NCBI GenBank assembly: GCA_027001995.1
Contig: JALTLO010000178.1
Span: 1-14,241 of the forward strand
Direction of reading: 5' to 3'
DNA length: 14,241 nucleotides
Source: Planctomycetota bacterium
GTDB lineage: Bacteria > Planctomycetota > GCA-002687715 > DRQF01
The notes beneath the pieces were generated by a model, which was not told the DNA's origin, made no database searches, and was given only the letters and a program-made list of their open reading frames with translations. The position numbers were made by a program, and so were the translations under genes. Shown here piece by piece: positions 8,399-14,241 of this stretch. Position 1 is the first letter of the stretch. Each line of letters begins with the position of its first letter.

Positions 8399-8920
8399 TT
8401 AAGATTCGAGCATGGTGATCAAAAGATCTGCATAGGCGCAGGATTCCAAGTCTTCTTCGTTGATGGATAATTTTTTCATGAGATCTTGGGCAATCCTTTG
8501 GCCATAGGTGGCGTCTTGATCTTTGGTCAGGACAACTTCTAATTCCATGAAGTTGCCAAGTCCTTCGACTTCGTCCAAGTGAATGCGGGTCTGCCCAACA
8601 AGGTAGAGTTCTCTGCGTTTCTTCACCACGACGGTTTCCCCCAAAGACTTTGCCATCAGGAGGCGAAACTCCTGGGGGTTGGAAATGGGATAAATCTGGT
8701 AGTGGGATTGTTTCGATTTTGCGGTGTCGGGGCGTTCATATTGAATGAGCTCGGCACTTTTGTCTGAAAATATTCGCAGCTTGAGTCGGCCATGAGGAAC
8801 TTTGAAGAACACATCTTCTTGGAGGATGACTTCCATGGGACAGGTCGCCAAGTCCTGGGCAAGTGCCCGCAGGGCATTCATGTCGTGGACCTTAGCTTTG
8901 ATTTCTGTGTTAACGGGCAT
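8399..8920 (-). CDS. CYTH-domain protein (class IV adenylate cyclase/triphosphate tunnel metalloenzyme family)
   Basis: MPVNTEIKAK (ExExK-like), QEDVFF, GRLKLR, VKKRRELY, RIHLDEVEGLGNFMELEVVL, AYADLL. Family proteins begin at this motif, so ATG 8920 is preferred over TTG 9070. Confidence 0.9.
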   Translation of the reverse strand: MPVNTEIKAKVHDMNALRALAQDLATCPMEVILQEDVFFKVPHGRLKLRIFSDKSAELIQYERPDTAKSKQSHYQIYPISNPQEFRLLMAKSLGETVVVKKRRELYLVGQTRIHLDEVEGLGNFMELEVVLTKDQDATYGQRIAQDLMKKLSINEEDLESCAYADLLITMLES

Positions 8921-9066
8921 GGTTGTGATTCTGTTTCGAGCGTCGAATGGAAGGCCTTGGTTCGTTAAGGCGAACAGGTAGATTCTGTCCGATACATGGT
9001 TCCTTTCTTTGGTCTCTCGTATGAAGACCTCAGATCTATCCTTCTTAGTTCCAAATAAGGAGACGC

Positions 9067-9402
9067 TCAAATCATCTCGAGAAGGTTTTCAACGGGGCGT
9101 CCCAACATGGCTCTGCCATTGCCCGCAAGGATAGGGCGTTGAAGTAGAGTCGGGTGTTTCGCCATGAGTTCAATCAACTTCTCGGCTGTTTCGTTTCCGC
9201 TTAGGCCTAATTTTTTGGCATCGCCTCTCCGAAGAAGCTGTTGCGGCGTCATGGCTAGATCTTTGAACAAGTTTTGAAGTTCGCAGACATCCAATATTTC
9301 TTCCTGATACTCGCGGTATCGAAACGCAATCTCTCGTTCATTTAGCAGGGCGACCGCCTTGCGGCAAGTGCCTCATGTCTCGGTGCAAATGAGTGTCAAC
9401 AT
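9067..9402 (-). CDS. ArsC/Spx/MgsR-family thioredoxin-fold protein, probable selenoprotein (UxxC), 111 aa
   Basis: From ATG 9402 (AGGA upstream): MLTLICTET-UGA-GTCRKAVALLNEREIAFRYREY..., in frame with ORF 9067..9294 (LLRR, HPTLLQRPI, GRPVENL). The UGA at 9375-9373 occupies the family's N-terminal redox Cys position. Confidence 0.85.
9345..9362 (-). promoter_or_regulatory. Candidate bacterial SECIS stem-loop
   Basis: GCAAGGC-GGUC-GCCCUGC (6 of 7 pairs) begins at +11 after the UGA. The apical loop starts at +18 and contains GGUC, as in the E. coli fdhF SECIS loop region. Confidence 0.6.
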
Positions 9403-9447
9403 GGGAATTGCAGTCCTATTTTCTTTGGGATGTGTGAGTTCGGGAAT

Positions 9448-9478
9448 ATCTTAACATTCTGATGGTACCCTGCCGCAA
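9448..9478 (-). promoter_or_regulatory. Possible promoter for the ArsC-family gene
   Basis: Extended -10-like TGtTAAGAT (9456-9448), with TTGCGG 19 nt upstream of the hexamer. The spacing is non-optimal. Confidence 0.25.
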
Positions 9479-9607
9479 TCCTTCCGGCCACGGCGCTGGA
9501 GAAGAGTTGAGGCTCCATGCCGGGTTAGACCTTGTGAAGTAGTGGGAAGTTGCCTTAGTTGAAGGCTAACGATCGGGGCGTAACGGAAGTTGGCGCATCC
9601 GAAGCAG

Positions 9608-9704
9608 TGAATCCGCCTCTTCGGTATTGTTCTGGTTGGATAGCGGCTTGGGGCCATTGGTTGGCATTGAGCCTTAAGAGGTCGGCGAAAAGAAAAACGC
9701 GTGG
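9608..9704 (+). repeat. Copy B of the diverged 97-bp direct repeat
   Basis: Partner of 8091-8187. It overlaps the U-tract arm of the tRNA terminator. Confidence 0.85.
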
Positions 9705-9727
9705 CGCATCAGGTGCGCCACGCGTTT
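9687..9727 (-). terminator. Rho-independent terminator after tRNA-Pro
   Basis: Perfect inverted repeat AAACGCGTGGCGCA-N5-TGCGCCACGCGTTT (9695-9727). On the minus strand the GC stem is followed by TTTTTCTTTT. Confidence 0.9.
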
Positions 9728-9730
9728 CTG

Positions 9731-9808
<78 letters not shown>

Positions 9809-9938
9809 AGTTTTGTTTTTCCCTGTTTGGCATCTGCTGAGACGCCAGAACTGGGAGAGAGAATGTATCACTGCTTCGGTTGAGGTCAAGATCTTCGCTC
9901 TAACTTCTTTTGTTTCAGAGGTTTCTGGTCACATTTCT

Positions 9939-11273
9939 CTATATTTCGATGGTCTTCCAGGTCCCACCTCTGAACTTCAGGGTCATGAAGGCAAACCAGG
10001 TGACCATGTAGACGATCCAGGCACCCCAAATGGCGTCGAGATCTCCGGGGAGGAAATGCTGTACCAGCATGAGGAATGGGACCACGCAGCCGATGGACAC
10101 GCAAATTTCAGCCCACATGACGTAGAGGGAAGCGCCTGCGGCGGACAAGGCCCGGGCCAGGATGATGCCCACGGAGTCTAGGCATCCGAAGATCAGGACT
10201 AGACGCATGGGGACGATCCCCAGCTTGACGACTTCTGGATCGTCGCTGAAGGCTCCAATGATCTCTCCCGGGAAGATGAAACCAACAACCGCTAAGCAGG
10301 CGCTGGACCAAAATCCGAGGCGGGAAGCGGCCCAGCCATAGCTCTCAGCTAAGTCCGGGCGTTTCTCGCCTAAGCTTTGGCTCACCAAAGTTCCAGCTGC
10401 GGCTCCATAAGCTAGACCAGCCATGACCAAAATACCGAAGATGCGCCAGACGATGATGGAAGAAGCCAAAGCTGTTTCTCCGCATTCGTCGCTGATCACC
10501 TTGAAGAAGTAGACGGAGCCTCCAAAAGCCAGGGCCTGGAGGGCTCGGGGCGCCGACAGCTTCATGATGCCAACTATGACTTTGCGACTGATCCCTTCCA
10601 AGCGGAAGAGTCCGTACTTCCTGCGATATTGTTCTTTCATGGCCAGGGCCATCATGCCAAGGGCGATAATGAGTTGAGCTGAAACGCTGGACCATGCAGC
10701 TCCGGCAACGCCCATTTTTGGGAACCCCCCATGGCCTAAGACCAAGGCGTAATTGAATATGATATTGAGAACATTCATGCCCAATCCAGCCCAAATGTCT
10801 GGGCGGGTGATCCCAATGCCATAGAAGAAGCCACGAAATGCCCAAAGAGTGGTGACAGTTACAAAACCTCCAACGCGAATCTCCAAGTAACGCGTTGTCA
10901 ACGGCAGCACCGCTGAGACAGCTTCGTTCTGAGAAAAAACAAAGCGCACCAGGTCATCCATGATGGTGATGCCAGCGACGCCAACGGCCAATCCAATGAG
11001 GAGCTGGAGCAGCAATCCGTTGTTGAAGATGAGCCCGCATCCGCGATCATCGCTTTGACCGAAACGACGGGCAGCCAAGGCCTGGATCCCCATGAAAGCC
11101 GATGAGAACACTAAGAAGATAACCAAGTAGATCACCCCAGCTTGGCCCATTGAGGCCAAAGGCCCATGGCCCTCCAGTTGCCCCAGAAACCAGGTGTCGG
11201 CTAGACCAATTGAAATCTGGGAGAGATTTCCCACCATAAGCGGAAGAGCCAAGCTGAGGACTCTTCGACGCAA
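9939..11273 (-). CDS. MATE-family efflux transporter
   Basis: About 12 hydrophobic segments. Motifs VLSLALPLM..N...GLADTWFLGQL, ARRFG, NIIFNYAL..G..GFPKMGVAGAAWS, VSQSLG and a C-terminal FRGGTWK. The start may be up to 13 codons earlier. Confidence 0.92.
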   Translation of the reverse strand: MRRRVLSLALPLMVGNLSQISIGLADTWFLGQLEGHGPLASMGQAGVIYLVIFLVFSSAFMGIQALAARRFGQSDDRGCGLIFNNGLLLQLLIGLAVGVAGITIMDDLVRFVFSQNEAVSAVLPLTTRYLEIRVGGFVTVTTLWAFRGFFYGIGITRPDIWAGLGMNVLNIIFNYALVLGHGGFPKMGVAGAAWSSVSAQLIIALGMMALAMKEQYRRKYGLFRLEGISRKVIVGIMKLSAPRALQALAFGGSVYFFKVISDECGETALASSIIVWRIFGILVMAGLAYGAAAGTLVSQSLGEKRPDLAESYGWAASRLGFWSSACLAVVGFIFPGEIIGAFSDDPEVVKLGIVPMRLVLIFGCLDSVGIILARALSAAGASLYVMWAEICVSIGCVVPFLMLVQHFLPGDLDAIWGAWIVYMVTWFAFMTLKFRGGTWKTIEI

Positions 11274-11308
11274 GTGCTTCTTGTCGGCTGGGTCGACCGT
11301 GGAAGAAG

Positions 11309-12364
11309 TCAGGATTTCTCTCGGGCAAACAGGGATTTCAAGAAACTTGGTTTCTTTCGTACCTGCGGCGTGAAATCTGGTGCCGGCACAGAGTTGACCA
11401 CCTGTCTGAGTAAGCCCTCTACGGTGGCGTCGTCGGCAGTACCTAAGTAATTCACCAAGACTCGATGACAGAATACAGGATGCACGAGGGCGCGAATGTC
11501 TGCATGAGTCGGTTTAGATTCACCACGCATGAGAGCGAAGACTTTGGCTCCCATCACCAAGGCCTGCGCCGCTCTTGGGCCGGCTCCAAAGCTGACATAT
11601 TTCTTGATGGCGGCTGGAGCTGTGGAATCGTCCGGGCGCGTACGGCGGGTCAAAGTGGTGGCATACGCCACGATTTCTTTTGGCACGGGCATGTCGCGGA
11701 CGATCTCCATGATCTCAATGACTTGGTCTCGGGTGAGAACTGGTTGCAAGTTGTCTTCATGGGGACGTGTCGTCATGCGCATGATCTTGGCTTCATCATC
11801 ACGGGCGGGGTAGTCCACGTTGATGTTGAAGAGGAAGCGGTCGAGCTGAGCTGCCGGCAGGGGATAGGTGCCTTCTTGTTCGATTGGGTTTTGGGTGGCT
11901 AGGACGAAGAATGGGGGCTCCAAGGAAAAAACATTCCCTAATGCGCTCACTTGCCTCTCTTCCATGGCTTCCATGAGGGCCGCTTGAGTCTTAGGGGGTG
12001 TTCGGTTGATCTCATCGGCCAAGACGATGTTGGCGAAGATGGGCCCCTCCAAGAATCGGAAGTTTCTTTGTCCGGAGTCTTTGTCTTCCACGATAACTTC
12101 TGCCCCTGTGATGTCGCTGGGCATCAAATCAGGGGTGAACTGAATTCGATTGAAATCCAATTCCATGAGTTGGGCGACGGAGGAAATGAGCCGAGTTTTT
12201 GCCAATCCCGGAACACCTACAAGCAAGCAATGACCGCCAGAGAATATGCCAGCGAATAGGAGGCGAATAACCTCGTCCATGCCAACGATGCGTTGGCTCA
12301 GTCGTTTGCGAATTTCGGCGTAACTCTCGGTGAGTGTCTTGGCGGCTTCTTGAGTAGTCGACAT
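11309..12364 (-). CDS. moxR: MoxR-family AAA+ ATPase
   Basis: Walker A GVPGLAKT, RIQFTPDLMPSDITG, Walker B LADEINRTPPKTQAALMEAM, ATQNPIEQEGTYPLPAAQLDRF, GAGPRA. AGGAG RBS upstream. Confidence 0.96.
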   Translation of the reverse strand: MSTTQEAAKTLTESYAEIRKRLSQRIVGMDEVIRLLFAGIFSGGHCLLVGVPGLAKTRLISSVAQLMELDFNRIQFTPDLMPSDITGAEVIVEDKDSGQRNFRFLEGPIFANIVLADEINRTPPKTQAALMEAMEERQVSALGNVFSLEPPFFVLATQNPIEQEGTYPLPAAQLDRFLFNINVDYPARDDEAKIMRMTTRPHEDNLQPVLTRDQVIEIMEIVRDMPVPKEIVAYATTLTRRTRPDDSTAPAAIKKYVSFGAGPRAAQALVMGAKVFALMRGESKPTHADIRALVHPVFCHRVLVNYLGTADDATVEGLLRQVVNSVPAPDFTPQVRKKPSFLKSLFAREKS

Positions 12365-12546
12365 TTCAATTCTCCTGGAGCGGTATCCTACCTGGATTCC
12401 TCAGAAGATCGAACCATTTGACCGGGAGAAGGTCCCGTAAATCACCTTTCTTTTGCCAAAATAACCAACTGATATTCACGTTTCTTGCATTTTGATCCGA
12501 TAAGAAACGTACAAAGAGAATCTTAGAGAAAACGGAGCACAGAGCC

Positions 12547-12927
12547 ATGAGCGTCACACAGGCTGGCCGAAAGAGCGTCGAAGAACGCATTGTCGAACTT
12601 GCTGAGGCAGGCCTGAAGCTCCATGTGCGCCCCATTTCTCACGATACTTCTGGGATCGCCTGTCGTCTGTTTGACTTAGACACCGATTGTGAGCGCAAAG
12701 AACGTGCATTGAAGATGCTCGAAGCCAGCTATAAGGGGACTCCTGTCAGCAACCTCGGGCCTCATGACGCTCGCATCTTTCGACGGGAACGGGAGCGTCG
12801 GGTGAAGCAGCTCAATGCGATGTTAGCGGAGCGCTCCAAGTTGGTTCTCCACTACGGCCACGAGTTGATCGAGTCGCCCTTGCGTCATCCTGAATTGGCC
12901 GAGTACTACGACGCGCTGTCCGTTTGA
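12547..12927 (+). CDS. Hypothetical protein, 126 aa
   Basis: Fills the gap between the divergent moxR and the convergent glycosyltransferase. GGAG lies upstream of the ATG and the composition is charged and helical. No recognised family. Confidence 0.7.
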   Translation: MSVTQAGRKSVEERIVELAEAGLKLHVRPISHDTSGIACRLFDLDTDCERKERALKMLEASYKGTPVSNLGPHDARIFRRERERRVKQLNAMLAERSKLVLHYGHELIESPLRHPELAEYYDALSV

Positions 12928-14241
12928 CTAACTGGGGCTCAATCCCAATCTCATCATTTCACCCAGCCTTTGGTCCAATCTGTGGTCTTTCATGAACCTT
13001 TTGTGGAAGGAAGCTGCAATTCTCGCCCGTTCTTCGGGCCGGTCCAGGTAGTAGAGAATTTTTTCTTTGAGATCGTCCAAGTTCCGGTAGACGATGATTT
13101 CGTGGCCAATGTTGAACAGACCTGCAATTTCTGTATTTTCTTCAGTCAGCAAGAACCCTCCGCAGGCTGCTACCTCAAAAGTTCGCAAGGTCACTATGTC
13201 CGGCTGATACAGCCGATTGATATCGATGTTGATGGCGGTGCTGGCGTAGTGGTTGCTCAGAGCTCTGCCGTGGCCCAGAGGGCCCCGATAGTCCAAGTCG
13301 GGAATAGCATCGCGCCATTCTTCTTCGCCAAAGACGCTCATGCCCAGCTCGACCAAGCCTTGAACGATGGCGATCCGTTTGCTTGAGGCCAGGGATTCTC
13401 CCGCCAGAACGATGACATCCGCTTGACCTTCGGGTAATTCGATCACATCCGGTAAGCCATGGGAATTCAGGGCTGCCCTGATCTGTTCTTCTATGTCTTC
13501 TTGGCAGGGATCTTGTTGGACTCTCGATTCCATTTGGTCCAGGGCTTCGAGAAAGCGTTGCCAATCTGATGCAGCGTTGCGTCCTGGTTTGGCGAGTTCT
13601 TCCAAGATAGACCTGTGCTTTTGGCCTTGCCTCTTCATACAAGAGCCCACGAATGCCAGGGCCACTGGAGATTCCACTTTTTCGACCGCTGGGCTCCTGA
13701 GGGAGGGATCGGCGGCAATGGGTAAGAAGTGTACGTTTCGATACTTGGCGCGGGCAAAGGACTGCACGCGCTTGCGTCGCCAAGTGAATATGTGGCTTGC
13801 GGTCTTCGAGCGGTCTGTCGGCAGCAATGTGGGGATAGTGGAAGCTGTGGGGTCGATCTCCCAGGAAAGGTAAGGGAAGCCCAAGCGACCAGCGAGGGCC
13901 CCCAGTTCCGGTGAGAAATTGATCGAGAAGGTGAATTTGGGTTCGATCAAAGCTAACTCGCGGGCGATTTGCTCTGGTGTCAGTATGCTTGCATCTAAGC
14001 GAAATACATCGAAGTGAATCTGATGGAAGTAGTGGGCGCATTCGCTCACCAGGAGTTCACCGTCCAGCACCACAACTGTCTGCCGCGTGGACATGAGTTT
14101 CTTGTCTGAGTCTATGTCACCGGAGGTCCACCGTGATTCTAAGTGGAGGCGTTCCCAGAGATGGAGATCGCCCATCAAAGGATGAAAAGTCACTTGGGAA
14201 ATCGCTGGGAGGGGTGTGGCCCAAAGCTCGGCACCCAAGAG
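12928..14241 (-). CDS. CgeB-like glycosyltransferase (GT-B, Glyco_trans_1_2-type C-terminus); probably 5'-truncated by the window edge
   Basis: Motifs VHFLPIAADP, AFVGS, YASTAINIDINR, LRTFEVAACGGFLLTE, LFNIGHEIIVYRNLDDLKEKILYYL..PEERARIA, DHRLDQR. The frame stays open to the last base. Confidence 0.88.
   Translation of the reverse strand, partial: LLGAELWATPLPAISQVTFHPLMGDLHLWERLHLESRWTSGDIDSDKKLMSTRQTVVVLDGELLVSECAHYFHQIHFDVFRLDASILTPEQIARELALIEPKFTFSINFSPELGALAGRLGFPYLSWEIDPTASTIPTLLPTDRSKTASHIFTWRRKRVQSFARAKYRNVHFLPIAADPSLRSPAVEKVESPVALAFVGSCMKRQGQKHRSILEELAKPGRNAASDWQRFLEALDQMESRVQQDPCQEDIEEQIRAALNSHGLPDVIELPEGQADVIVLAGESLASSKRIAIVQGLVELGMSVFGEEEWRDAIPDLDYRGPLGHGRALSNHYASTAINIDINRLYQPDIVTLRTFEVAACGGFLLTEENTEIAGLFNIGHEIIVYRNLDDLKEKILYYLDRPEERARIAASFHKRFMKDHRLDQRLGEMMRLGLSPS

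Noticed and set aside
8065..8418. ORFs 8104..8418 (+) and 8065..8331 (-)
   Set aside because: No recognisable motifs, and they overlap repeat copy A, whose alignment to copy B has 1- and 2-nt indels typical of non-coding DNA.
8921..9070. 50-aa N-terminal extension of the CYTH protein from TTG 9070
   Set aside because: It overlaps the ArsC stop as TTGA, but CYTH proteins normally begin at the MPxNxEIKA motif and the extension has no recognisable features. Not fully excluded.

Overview
Bacterial window of roughly balanced GC; gene content (kinase-FGE fusion, kinase-type ECF sigmas, MoxR) suggests Planctomycetota (inference). In order: the 3' end of a probable secreted beta-rich protein and a hairpin; a sigma70-like promoter; a Ser/Thr kinase-TM-FGE/SUMF1 fusion split by one in-frame TAG inside the kinase domain; two convergent ECF sigmas with D-[T/S]-V-D replacing DAED; a secreted TPR protein. 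The minus strand then carries a CYTH protein, an ArsC/Spx-family gene missed at full length by the ORF track, tRNA-Pro(GGG) with terminator, a MATE transporter and a MoxR ATPase. A small hypothetical gene and a partial CgeB-like glycosyltransferase end the window. Highlights: (1) the ArsC-family gene has an in-frame UGA at the redox Cys position (UxxC) followed by a SECIS-like hairpin, so it is a probable selenoprotein; (2) the amber-interrupted kinase; (3) a diverged 97-bp direct repeat bracketing the ArsC and CYTH pair next to the tRNA.
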